A model generated the notes under the pieces. The model did not search any database and was not told the origin of the DNA. It saw only the letters and a program-made list of their open reading frames with translations. Below, one piece after another: positions 1-8,997 of a DNA stretch of 32,000 nt. Numbering within the stretch: the first letter of the stretch is position 1; every line of letters begins with the position of its first letter. Source of the stretch: Caldivirga maquilingensis IC-167 (GTDB lineage: Archaea; Thermoproteota; Thermoprotei; Thermoproteales; Thermocladiaceae); NCBI RefSeq assembly GCF_000018305.1, contig NC_009954.1, positions 870,001 to 902,000 on the forward strand. The letters are read 5' to 3'. The translations under genes and the position numbers were made by a program.

Positions 1-173
1 ATTGGGTCAATAACAGTCTTATAGCCCAATATTATTTTACTTGACTCTAATCGGGCTAATCTACTCATTATCGTTGTCCTAGGTTTATTAAGTAACTCAG
101 CTAACCTGGATACTGTGATTCTCCCATTTCTTTGCAGGGATTCCAGGATTTTAATATCTAATTCATCCATCAT
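1..173 (-). CDS. Lrp/AsnC-family transcriptional regulator, N-terminal HTH part (partial, continues past window start)
   Basis: Not in the ORF track. Manual reverse translation from ATG 171-173 (second ATG at 168-170) gives MMDELDIKILESLQRNGRITVSRLAELLNKPRTTIMSRLARLESSKIILGYKTVIDP. This fits the canonical Lrp/AsnC HTH pattern (D.KIL..L..NgR....LA........T...R...LE...I..Y...IDP). Confidence 0.75.
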   Translation of the reverse strand, partial: MMDELDIKILESLQRNGRITVSRLAELLNKPRTTIMSRLARLESSKIILGYKTVIDP

Positions 174-230
174 TAGCTAGCTTAAGGTCTGGAGATTAAT
201 TAACATTATGTTTCACAGAGATGAGACCAA

Positions 231-1346
231 TCATTCCGCCCCCTCAACCTTAGTCGAACCACGTATGAATTGAATGGGATTCTTGACACCGCAGCCTAGG
301 TTAGTTGGGCATAACCCTAGGCTATTCAACTCTTGACATGAGGGTGGGGTGTAGAATTTCCTACCACCCCTAAGGCCAGCCAAGTGCTCCACCTGGTATC
401 TAGTTATCTTCTCATTATAATCAGCAGCATGCGTAAAGGGCTCTAGAACCTCATCAACACACTCCTCCCTCTCCTTACCCTCAGCCACACACCTGTGGAG
501 CATGTAGGTGGCTAAGGTGAACCTAGCCATGTGGCTTGGGTTGCCACCAGCCTTAAGCTCATTAATTATAGCTGTTACACATGGTGGATCACCCTTAGGT
601 AAAACCCTCCTACTAACCCTATACCTAACCTGGGGTGCAGACTCCTCAATAGCCTTAAGCCTATCATTAACACTATCTATGAGTTCCTTAAAGAGGTCTA
701 GGTTACTGCCTAGTTTACTTATCATTGTAATCGCCTTATTCTCCACGGCTTCTTCAATAATCCTGTAGACATCATGCTGTGTTAGGAGGATGTAACCATG
801 GATAATTGGTCTAGTACCCAGGACCCAGTTTGGATCATTCCTAGGGCTATTCCTTAAGTAATCCCAAATGGAGACCGCGTACATGAATGGCTTAGGCATT
901 AGCACTTGACCCTGCAGGTTAAGCCGCTTAGCAACTAATGATGATACTTCACCAACACCTATAATCCTTAATTCAAGTTCCCTAGCAACCTCCTTAATGC
1001 ATTCTAAGTTAGGCTTATTTAAGTAACTCAACTTAACCATGTTTGAGAATATTTTACTCTCTGAATCGGCTATTCTCCTCCAAATTCTCTTATCCATTGA
1101 GGCTGTTAGAACATAGGCTATGTACCTTGACACAGCCACATCCCTCACACTAAAGTTTAGCTTAGCGTGTTCACCATTCTTAATCAATGCCTCAAGCATT
1201 CTTAATGCATCATTAACAATTGGCTCAAACTCCCTGCTCATTAACTCACTAACTCTAATACCCACCTCCTCGATAATGCTTCGTCCACTCCTGGTAAATG
1301 GATACTTGCTCACCAGTTCACTAATTCCGCATGATTCAGTACGCAT
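231..1346 (-). CDS. priL: DNA primase large subunit PriL
   Basis: 371 aa ORF. The C-terminal half carries the PriL signature: PPCVTAIINELKAGGNPSHMARFTLATYML, then YNEKITRYQVEHLAGLRGGRKFYTPPSCQELNSLGLCP, which includes the Fe-S cluster cysteines. A TATA-like 'ttattaaagg' lies on the minus strand about 25-30 nt upstream. Confidence 0.85.
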   Translation of the reverse strand: MRTESCGISELVSKYPFTRSGRSIIEEVGIRVSELMSREFEPIVNDALRMLEALIKNGEHAKLNFSVRDVAVSRYIAYVLTASMDKRIWRRIADSESKIFSNMVKLSYLNKPNLECIKEVARELELRIIGVGEVSSLVAKRLNLQGQVLMPKPFMYAVSIWDYLRNSPRNDPNWVLGTRPIIHGYILLTQHDVYRIIEEAVENKAITMISKLGSNLDLFKELIDSVNDRLKAIEESAPQVRYRVSRRVLPKGDPPCVTAIINELKAGGNPSHMARFTLATYMLHRCVAEGKEREECVDEVLEPFTHAADYNEKITRYQVEHLAGLRGGRKFYTPPSCQELNSLGLCPTNLGCGVKNPIQFIRGSTKVEGAE

Positions 1347-1867
1347 TAATTATAGTGGCTCTAAAACGCCTTTAATAACCAGTGGATAGTTAACTTAAAG
1401 TATTATCTAAGTGAGAGGTAATTTTAAGGTAAGCATAATAATTAGATTAAATGATTGCTAAGGACGCTAAAAAGATTATTACAAGAGAATTTTAAGATGC
1501 AGAGGTAATGCGGTTGAATTATGGATCAGTAAAATTACCTGGAAGCAATGCATTAAGGATAAGGAGGAAACCGGTGCTTTACTATAACCCTATCAGGGTA
1601 ATATAGAAGTAATGTTATTTATGCATGATTATGCATAGCTAATAATATGTAAGTCACATCGTTTTGATGGTTCCTGCCTCATTGTTTTACTGATGGTGAA
1701 TATTCGCTAGTGGTGGTTTTGTGCGTCTGCTCCTTATTCCTATTCCCCTCACCTCAAGTATCCTCCAACCACCCTATGAGTAAACAAAAGTAGTACTCAT
1801 GTTTTTCTTCCATAAGCACTCTCAAGTAAAAACCCCAGAATAAGATGAGGCATATTTTTACTGTAAA

Positions 1868-3262
1868 TTAACTGAAGTGTTTAGCCATTTCCTCATTTCC
1901 AGGTATTTTAAGTATTGCATCTATAACCTGGTTGACTTGATCACTGGACTTAGTCCTTGGATCAATTATAAGCCAGTTAAATAACGTGTCTCTACCACCC
2001 CCTAGGAATGCCTCAATCGCCCACTCACCCCTAATTACCCTAGGCATTATAGCGTACTTAAGCACCTTACCCCACGCCTTAGGTAGGTTACTGAAGCTTA
2101 ATCTATGAACACCCTTAGCATCCACCCTAGCCGGCATTTCAACAGCCACATCACTGGGTATTCCAGGTATTGCATCCTGATTAGGTACATTAACCTCAAT
2201 TACCTTACCACTATCCTCAACAATAGCCTCAATAACCATTGTAACCGGCTCACCCTCACTTCTAACTGGCGGTATGTAGTCTGTTAATGGCTTAGCCTCA
2301 TTCTCAAGCGCCCTCTTAAGCTCATTGAACTCGATCTTATGCCACGTTAAGTACATGGCCCACCCAATCTCTGAGTCAGGTCCACCGAGTGGCCCATACC
2401 AGTATTGCTTGGTCTTAAGATCCCAGTGGTACTTCCATGTACCACTCCTAACGGTGTCCCCTATTGGCCATAGGCCATACATCCTATACATGTCAACCGC
2501 CACTGGTGAAACATGAACATCAAAGGGGTTACTCTGCTCCTCCCTCCACTTCTCGAAGTATTGACTGGACTTAGTGCTGATCCACTCATCAATAAGGTGG
2601 TATGCGTCTTCGCCATTGTACTTAAGCCTAGTTAACCAGTCATCATGATTAACACCAATAACCTCAACCTCAGCCTTACCCTCCTCGAGACCAAGAACCC
2701 TGAGTAAATCCCTATAGGCGTAGTAGCCGTCACACAACCCAATAACCCTAGCCTTAGTCTCCCTACTAATCAATGTTGTTAACTCGAAGACCGGGTTAGA
2801 TACGTTAAGTAACCATGCATTAGGTGCGTAATCCACCACATCATTAGCTATATCTAGGGCTAGTTTAAACTGGTAGTAGCCCCATATTGTGTGGTAATCA
2901 GACACCATGTTCCACTCAACACTATTAATACCCCTATAGTACCCGTACTTCTCAGAAACCTCCCTCATCCTTTCATAGTGCCCATGCCCCTTAGCCAGGG
3001 TTGAGTTAACCACGAAGTCAGCATCCCTAATAGCCTCCCTCCTATCAGTGGTGGTAACTATGTTTAAATTACCCTTAACCTCAGAAACATACCTCTTGGC
3101 AAACCTACTAACTAAAGCTAACCTATCCTCATCAATATCCATTAAAACCACGGTACTACCGCTTAAGCTTGGTATTAGGGCTAGGTCCTTAATAAGACCA
3201 ATAGCCCACGCCGCACTACCAGCCCCTATTAGGGCTATCTTAAAACCATGCCTAGATGCCAT
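1868..3262 (-). CDS. Glycoside hydrolase family 4 (NAD+/Mn2+-dependent glycosidase; alpha-glucosidase or 6-phospho-glycosidase type)
   Basis: 464 aa. N-terminal Rossmann motif KIALIGAGSAAWAIGLIKDL, a central NVSNP motif, the conserved Cys motif VIGLCDG, and GH4-typical length. Substrate specificity cannot be read from the sequence. Confidence 0.8.
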   Translation of the reverse strand: MASRHGFKIALIGAGSAAWAIGLIKDLALIPSLSGSTVVLMDIDEDRLALVSRFAKRYVSEVKGNLNIVTTTDRREAIRDADFVVNSTLAKGHGHYERMREVSEKYGYYRGINSVEWNMVSDYHTIWGYYQFKLALDIANDVVDYAPNAWLLNVSNPVFELTTLISRETKARVIGLCDGYYAYRDLLRVLGLEEGKAEVEVIGVNHDDWLTRLKYNGEDAYHLIDEWISTKSSQYFEKWREEQSNPFDVHVSPVAVDMYRMYGLWPIGDTVRSGTWKYHWDLKTKQYWYGPLGGPDSEIGWAMYLTWHKIEFNELKRALENEAKPLTDYIPPVRSEGEPVTMVIEAIVEDSGKVIEVNVPNQDAIPGIPSDVAVEMPARVDAKGVHRLSFSNLPKAWGKVLKYAIMPRVIRGEWAIEAFLGGGRDTLFNWLIIDPRTKSSDQVNQVIDAILKIPGNEEMAKHFS

Positions 3263-3282
3263 AAATACAATGTACTTAAGTT

Positions 3283-3291
3283 CTTTTAAAG
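3283..3291 (-). promoter_or_regulatory. Putative TATA box of the GH4 gene
   Basis: Minus-strand 'ctttaaaag' is centred about 25 nt upstream of the ATG at 3262. That is the usual spacing for leaderless crenarchaeal transcripts. Confidence 0.35.
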
Positions 3292-3361
3292 TTAATTATA
3301 TATTGATTAAGGACAATAATAAAAATATTATATAGTAAATCATTAATCAATATATAATTAA
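3292..3361. repeat. Perfect 19-bp inverted repeat with a 32-nt spacer in a divergent promoter region
   Basis: Left arm ttaattatatattgattaa (3292-3310) is the exact reverse complement of right arm ttaatcaatatataattaa (3343-3361). I verified this base by base. The left arm directly abuts the putative GH4 TATA box. Confidence 0.8.
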
Positions 3362-3672
3362 TAATTTGAACTAAAGTATATACCATATATTGAATTAATT
3401 AGGGGATTAATATTCATGTTTACGCCTACTCATGCTGGTTTAATATTCACTATATCCATTGTTTTTATCTCTAAGTATCTCCTGGGTAATCTGTTTACTT
3501 AGTTACACGTGTTTTAACTATCCCTCATTATGCTGCACGAATCATCAATACAGCTTAAATTAAATATCCATAGATTTTTTAAAAGAGTCTAATTATCCCG
3601 TAATTTCCTCAAAAACGTATAATTAAGTTTATGAGGTTAACTTTAATTAAGTGGTTTTTATATGGAGTACTC

Positions 3673-4650
3673 ATGGTTATTATTGCCTTAGATTCAGGTA
3701 AGACTAAGACTAATGCGGTGGCAATTGATGATAGTCTCAATGTGTTATGTAGGGTAAGTGATAGGGGTGGTGGGTTAATTTATAGTGATGAAGTTATAAT
3801 GAATGCCTTGATGAATGTTATAGTAGAATGCATGAGGGTAATGGGGATTAGGGTTAATGATATTGATGTCATTGCCGTAAGTTGGGCCGACTTGGATACT
3901 GAGGCCTATTGGATTAAGGCAAGTAGAATCATTAATGAGCTGGCTAGGAGAATAAACATACCGCGTAGTAAACTGGTGTTTGATCATGATGCAGTTGCAG
4001 CATACTACGCTGTAACCCTAGGTGAACCTGGCGTAGCCGTTATAGCTGGTACTGGGGCTATTGCACTGGGCGTGAATGCACGTGGAGAGAGGGCTAGGTC
4101 CAGTGGTTGGGGTTGGTTAATTGGGGATGAAGGCAGTGCAGGCTGGATAGCGTTGAAGGCTCTGAATGCAGCCTCAAGGGCATATGACGGTAGGGGTCCC
4201 TGGACAAGTCTAGTTAATAGGCTTAAGGATTACTTCAAGGTTAAGGACCTGTTAAGCATACTTGACGTAATGTATGCCGAACCCCCTGAGATTGATAAAC
4301 TAGCCAAATTAGCCATACTGGTTTCAGAGGAGGCTGAGGGGGGTGATGAGGTTTCGGTAAACATACTTAAGGAGGCTGGGAGAGAATTAGCATTAAATGC
4401 GGTAACTGTAGCTAAGAGACTAGGCATGATTAATGAGAGCATTGTGGTTGGGGGAGTAGGTAGCGTGTTTAGTTCAAGGATTGTTAATGAGGAGTTTAGG
4501 AAAGTAATCAGTAATAGTTTAGTTAAGGCTAAGGTTAAGGAACCCCTCATAGGTAATTACTCATTATTAGGACCAATAATCATGAGTCTAAGTAGAATCA
4601 ATAAGAAGATAACTAATACTGATGTAGAGAAGTTACTAAAGGAACTATAA
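3673..4650 (+). CDS. BadF/BadG/BcrA/BcrD-type ATPase, N-acetylglucosamine-kinase-like sugar kinase
   Basis: The track ORF is 3631..4650. The N-terminal phosphate-1 motif begins right after Met15 (MVIIALDSGKTKTNAVAID), so a start at 3673 is more likely. Further motifs: VIAGTGAIALG and SGWGWLIGDEGSAGWIALKAL, typical of the GlcNAc-kinase/BadF family. Confidence 0.7.
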   Translation: MVIIALDSGKTKTNAVAIDDSLNVLCRVSDRGGGLIYSDEVIMNALMNVIVECMRVMGIRVNDIDVIAVSWADLDTEAYWIKASRIINELARRINIPRSKLVFDHDAVAAYYAVTLGEPGVAVIAGTGAIALGVNARGERARSSGWGWLIGDEGSAGWIALKALNAASRAYDGRGPWTSLVNRLKDYFKVKDLLSILDVMYAEPPEIDKLAKLAILVSEEAEGGDEVSVNILKEAGRELALNAVTVAKRLGMINESIVVGGVGSVFSSRIVNEEFRKVISNSLVKAKVKEPLIGNYSLLGPIIMSLSRINKKITNTDVEKLLKEL

Positions 4651-4869
4651 ATTCAAATCACCCCTAACAGGGGTTAAGGGAATTAGAATCACTTGATGAG
4701 GAATATCTATCAGTAATAGGTTTCAAGAACATTGCAGTTCATGATACGTCAGTTTTGGCTTTAATAAATGAGGATTATATTAAGTAAGATATAGAAGAGT
4801 GTTGAAATCGGCTTTAAGGCTTAGGGGATTAAGAGATATTGGTATCATCAGTTCTTAACTAATGTATGT

Positions 4870-5931
4870 TTAAAAGTTCTTAACAACCCTAGTTAGGTTC
4901 CTTGGTTCTTCAATATTAATACCTCTCCTCAAGGCATATTGATTAGCCAACAGATACATTGGTAAAATTAACGCTAAGGCACCCCATTCCTCAGCCCCAG
5001 TCCTGCATGGTACATGTATTGCATCATCTAAGTCCCTTAAATTATCATCGGTAGTAACCATAATTACCCTAGTCTCAGTGCCTTTACTCCTCTCCCTTAA
5101 TTCACTAAGCAACTTAACTGCAGCCGTGCTCATTACTCCTGATTGATTAAGCATAACTACAGCCTGCCTCTCGCCAATAGTGGCTATTGGTCCATGCCTA
5201 ATCTCAAGGGTGTTTAATGCCTGAACAGCAACATATGATGTCTCCTCAAACTTTAAGGCTGCTTCAAGGGCTATGGGGTATGATGACCCATGACCAAGGA
5301 ATATGAATCTACTAATACCATTATTAATCCAATCCTCAGTAATTCCAGTTAATCTATTGTTTAAATCACGGTCTTTAATAATATTCCCCATGCATGTTGA
5401 TAAAACCTTAATAATACTTGTAAAGTCCTGTTCAATACCTGTAATGATTTTTAAGAGAATTGCCGCAGCAGCTGAGAGCGTAATGAAGCTCTTAGTCATG
5501 ACTATGCTCCTCTCTTGACCAATATTTACGAAGACATAGTTATCAATATACCCTACATTGCGTCCACTATCACTAATACTTAGCATTATTGTCCTAGCAC
5601 CATTACTCTTAGCAATCCTCAAGGCCTCAAGGGTTTCAGCGGTCTCCCCGGAGCGGGATACTGCAATTACTAGGCTTGATGAATCAATCATCTTAGAGTA
5701 GTTGTATATGAATTCTGATGATGGGATTGCGTAAATGCATTTACTTAACCCACTACTTAAAGCATGGGATGCAGCATACATTGAGGCGTAGTATGATGAA
5801 CCAGCACCAACTAGAAAAACCTTCCCCAGTCCCCTATGCAATGAACCTAATTTCCTAATATCATTAATCATTAATGAAAGCGAATCCAGTGATCTAGGGA
5901 TCTCCAAGATATCCTGGATCATGCTTGACAT
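4870..5931 (-). CDS. SIS-domain sugar-phosphate isomerase/deaminase (GlmS isomerase-domain-only, GlmD/AgaS-like)
   Basis: 353 aa with two SIS modules: VFLVGAGSSYYAS...VIAVSRSGETAETLEA and FIFLGHGSSYPIALEAALKFEETSY. There is no glutaminase domain. Confidence 0.75.
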   Translation of the reverse strand: MSSMIQDILEIPRSLDSLSLMINDIRKLGSLHRGLGKVFLVGAGSSYYASMYAASHALSSGLSKCIYAIPSSEFIYNYSKMIDSSSLVIAVSRSGETAETLEALRIAKSNGARTIMLSISDSGRNVGYIDNYVFVNIGQERSIVMTKSFITLSAAAAILLKIITGIEQDFTSIIKVLSTCMGNIIKDRDLNNRLTGITEDWINNGISRFIFLGHGSSYPIALEAALKFEETSYVAVQALNTLEIRHGPIATIGERQAVVMLNQSGVMSTAAVKLLSELRERSKGTETRVIMVTTDDNLRDLDDAIHVPCRTGAEEWGALALILPMYLLANQYALRRGINIEEPRNLTRVVKNF

Positions 5932-6428
5932 AGTTACACAAATTATGATTACTTAATAAGTATTAATATAAATACATTATGACTAAAACTATATAGTTAT
6001 CATATTATTCTAAGGCTACGATAATAAAGATTTTTTACTAACATTCAACAATCTTAGTTATTACGTTATCATCACGTTTTAATATTTTAAGATACCTATT
6101 TTTACGTAAAGGTTTATTGAATAATCACTAATACCAATGAGTCTAAGTATCCATTACTTAGTTAATAGTTAATAAAAGTTACTTCAGTATGAAGCACTAA
6201 GATATACTTAACTTACTGAGTAATTGCATACTCCGTTCAAGGTATGCGTATAATGGGTATTTACGGTAAGAGAATCATTAACTAAAACTAAGATGTGTTA
6301 TTAATGTTCACTGCATAACATGTCATCCTGACGCATAATTAAGTTGCCTATCCTTTAGTCATCATTTATAGTAAAGCTTAAAGTTAAATAGTGCAATGTT
6401 AGTCACGGAACGCTGCAGGTGATGTGTA

Positions 6429-7194
6429 TTGTTCATTGAGGATAAGTTAACGGAGTACATTAAGGGTATTAGGGTTAATGGGAACTTGGTTAACTTGCTT
6501 AGGTCAGCTAATAGAATTATTGCTTTCTCCCCGCATCCAGATGATGTGGAGGTTATTGCTGGTGGTTACTTAGCAATGATGAGTGATAAGGGTGCTTCAG
6601 TTAAGGTTATTGTGGTTAGTGATGGCAGGATGGGTATGGGTTCCATGGAGTACGCTGTTGATGAGGTAGTGGCGATTAGGAGGCGTGAGGAGCTTGAGGC
6701 CATGAGGATACTTGGTGTTCATGATGTTGAATTCCTTAATTACATTGATTCCGAGGTTCCTGAACCGGGAATCCTTAGGAGGGATTTCATTAGAGTTATT
6801 AGGAGTTTTAAACCTGATGTTGCTGTAACGGTGGATCCAAGCCTACCCTATGAGGCTCACCCAGACCACGTGAACACCGGCCTAGCTGTAATGCAGGCGG
6901 TTTTGTTTCACGGTATCCCAAGGGTCTTAAGTGAGTATAAGGTTGAGTCTCAACCACCAGTATTAGCTCTAGGCGCCACCGTTAGGCTGAATGCCATAGT
7001 ATGCATTAATGATGTGATCGATAAGGAAATTAACGCGTTAAGGACGCATAAAAACCCAATTCACCAATGATGTAATTGAATCAATAATAAACATCTCTAA
7101 GGCATTGGGTAATGCCATTAAGTGCAATTATGGTGAAGCCTTTAAAGTACTTATGTCAAATGAATTACATGTAAATATATTATCGTTAATATAA
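6429..7194 (+). pseudogene. PIG-L/LmbE-family N-acetyl-sugar deacetylase, frame-disrupted in an A5 run (paralog of 12432..13196)
   Basis: Track ORF 6429..7070 (TTG start) carries AFSPHPDDVEVIAGG and PYEAHPDHVNTG, then stops at ALRTHKNPIHQ*. The +1 frame continues from 7055 to 7194 as TQFTNDVIESIINISKALGNAIKCNYGEAFKVLMSNELHVNILSLI*. This is colinear with the intact paralog's C-terminus (SQFNEELLRGIELIHMKLGGAAGCKYAEAFKVLTPGELHMNPLAEYS). The shift maps to aaaaa at 7050-7054. Confidence 0.65.
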
Positions 7195-7241
7195 TAATAG
7201 ATAAAGTATATTTCAAGGGTTATTTAATATATAGAGTTAAA

Positions 7242-7251
7242 CTTATAAAAG
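7242..7251 (+). promoter_or_regulatory. Putative TATA box of the APC permease gene
   Basis: 'cttataaaag' is centred about 24 nt upstream of the ATG at 7270. Confidence 0.35.
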
Positions 7252-7269
7252 GCATTAAGCCATATTTTT

Positions 7270-8904
7270 ATGGCTGGTTCCAGTGTACCTAAATTATTTG
7301 CAAGGGAAGCAACAGGTCTGGTGCGTGAGCTTGGTTTCTGGGAGCAACTTGTCCTTGCTCTTGGTATAATAAACATCACTGGTGGCTTTGTGTTAACAAT
7401 GATTGTTGCACCATTTGCTTTCCCTGGTTCCAATATGATTGCTGTATTTGCACTTGGCGCAATTCCAGCGCTAGTTATTGCATGGGTTTACTCAATCTTA
7501 TCAGCAGCAATACCTAGAACTGGAGGTGATTACGTATGGACTGGGCGTGTACTTGGGCCTGAGGTGGCTTCAATATTAGGATGGATGTATATTTTTGGAA
7601 CCGCAGGTGCTGTAGCATCCCAGGCATGGTATATCACTAATTTCACTCTTGCTCAGCTGTTCTTTAACTTAGGTACTAGGTTAAATAATGCCACTTACTT
7701 AAAATGGGCTACAATGATATCAACTGCACCTTTAGGATTCATAGTAGACTTAATTATAGTTATTTTAGCTGCATTAGCCGGGATATTTAGCTTACGTACA
7801 GTTAGTAGAATTTTGAAGTATAGCATCGTAATATTCGGTATTACATTTATTTTATTTTTAATATCATTTATTTATGCTACACCACAGAAGTTCATACCAG
7901 CATTTAATGCTATAATGTCTAAGTATGGTGCAACCTATAGTTCAATAATGTCAGTAATTAAGAGTAATCCATCCATAGCTTCAACGAGCAATATAGCGGC
8001 AACTTTACTTGCTGCAATACCAATGGGGTTTATTACATATTCAGGGTTCAATTATGGCACTTACCTAGCTGGTGAAACAAGGCATCCTGTTGAAACATTT
8101 CCAAAGGCATTATTCGTGTCTGTTATAATAACTTTAGTGGGCCTTGTCTTACTTTCAGCCTTATCATACTGGGCATTTGGTGGTGCATTCTTAGGTGGCT
8201 TAAGCTACTTGTTTAATACAGGTAAGCTATCTGCACTACCGGTGGAACCAACGCCTAATCTCTTCATAGGCTTTACTGCACCATTATGGCTTGTGTTCTT
8301 AATCAATATTAATCTAATAATAGGTTTCTTCTTAGTTGCATTAACATATACCTTAACAATGCCTAGAATACTCTTTGCAATGGGTTTCGATAGAGTATTA
8401 CCCGAGGGTATTACTAAGGTTTCTGAGAAATTCCATTCACCTTACTATACTATAATAGTATACATAGTTATAAATGCAATTTACACGGCATTAATATGGT
8501 ATTGGGGCTATATGGTTACGTGGTTAAACACATCACTTGGTACCCCAATCGCATGGGCAATCCCTGGTTTTACTGCGTTATTATTCCCGTTCTTAAGGAG
8601 AGATTTATACGCTAAAATTGAACCATACTTACCTAAATGGATGACAAGAAGGGTTCTTGGTTTACCGGCGATATCATGGGGTGGTATATTGTTAGCTGCA
8701 GTATGGATCGCCGACATAGCATTTTTATTGATACCAATATCAACATATACGTATTTAGGTACATCAATACCATTAGCCGTAGGAGTAGCTGTTGCTATAG
8801 CAGCCGGTGCAGTCATATACTATGAAGTTAGAAGGTGGTATTTGAAGAAGAAGTATGGTATCGATATTCTTACCTTAACATTTAAAGAAGTGCCGCCAGA
8901 GTAG
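7270..8904 (+). CDS. APC-superfamily permease (amino acid/polyamine/organocation type)
   Basis: 544 aa, about 12 or more hydrophobic segments. The N-terminal pattern L.RE.G....L.LGI....GG...........PG, then SAAIPRTGGDYVW, is typical of APC transporters. Confidence 0.75.
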   Translation: MAGSSVPKLFAREATGLVRELGFWEQLVLALGIINITGGFVLTMIVAPFAFPGSNMIAVFALGAIPALVIAWVYSILSAAIPRTGGDYVWTGRVLGPEVASILGWMYIFGTAGAVASQAWYITNFTLAQLFFNLGTRLNNATYLKWATMISTAPLGFIVDLIIVILAALAGIFSLRTVSRILKYSIVIFGITFILFLISFIYATPQKFIPAFNAIMSKYGATYSSIMSVIKSNPSIASTSNIAATLLAAIPMGFITYSGFNYGTYLAGETRHPVETFPKALFVSVIITLVGLVLLSALSYWAFGGAFLGGLSYLFNTGKLSALPVEPTPNLFIGFTAPLWLVFLININLIIGFFLVALTYTLTMPRILFAMGFDRVLPEGITKVSEKFHSPYYTIIVYIVINAIYTALIWYWGYMVTWLNTSLGTPIAWAIPGFTALLFPFLRRDLYAKIEPYLPKWMTRRVLGLPAISWGGILLAAVWIADIAFLLIPISTYTYLGTSIPLAVGVAVAIAAGAVIYYEVRRWYLKKKYGIDILTLTFKEVPPE

Positions 8905-8997
8905 CTATAAGTTAAAAATCACTGTACTATTTAAAATAAAATTTATTCCCTAATTATAACAGTAATGTTTAAAAATCAAGATTGTAAAACTTAATAT

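Noticed and set aside
508-1389. Plus-strand ORFs 508..768 and 1120..1389 inside priL, and similar nested antisense ORFs elsewhere (2105..2287, 2325..2516, 3048..3335, 3775..3987, 4230..4550, 5303..5518, 7224..7433, 8508..8825, 8991..9221, 10186..10491, 14806..15051, 17156..17350, 17834..18022, 18542..18733, 20194..20427, 20515..20778, 21520..21711, 23475..23696, 23988..24242, 25091..25342, 28425..28607, 28785..29006, 30025..30210, 30665..30967, 31423..31668)
   Set aside because: All lie within or antisense to longer ORFs that carry recognisable family motifs. Their compositions are Ser/Leu/Thr-rich, typical of antisense frames, and none has a motif.
1660-1735. Possible C/D-box sRNA (tgatgg ... 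ctga tggtga ... ctgc)
   Set aside because: The boxes are non-canonical (TGATGG instead of TGATGA; terminal CTGC instead of CTGA). The spacing does not fit the C-D'-C'-D architecture, and there is no terminal stem.
3416-3502. 28-codon hydrophobic ORF (MFTPTHAGLIFTISIVFISKYLLGNLFT) in the GH4/kinase spacer, and the 34-codon ORF at 9996..10100
   Set aside because: They are too short and unsupported by any motif or promoter spacing I could see. Hydrophobic mini-ORFs arise easily in T-rich spacer DNA. I mention the second only in the context of the truncated isomerase.
4660-4674. Hairpin acccct-aac-aggggt just after the kinase stop, as a possible terminator
   Set aside because: It is a 6-bp stem with a 3-nt loop and no following T-tract. 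Archaeal termination relies mainly on oligo-T, so the evidence is too weak.
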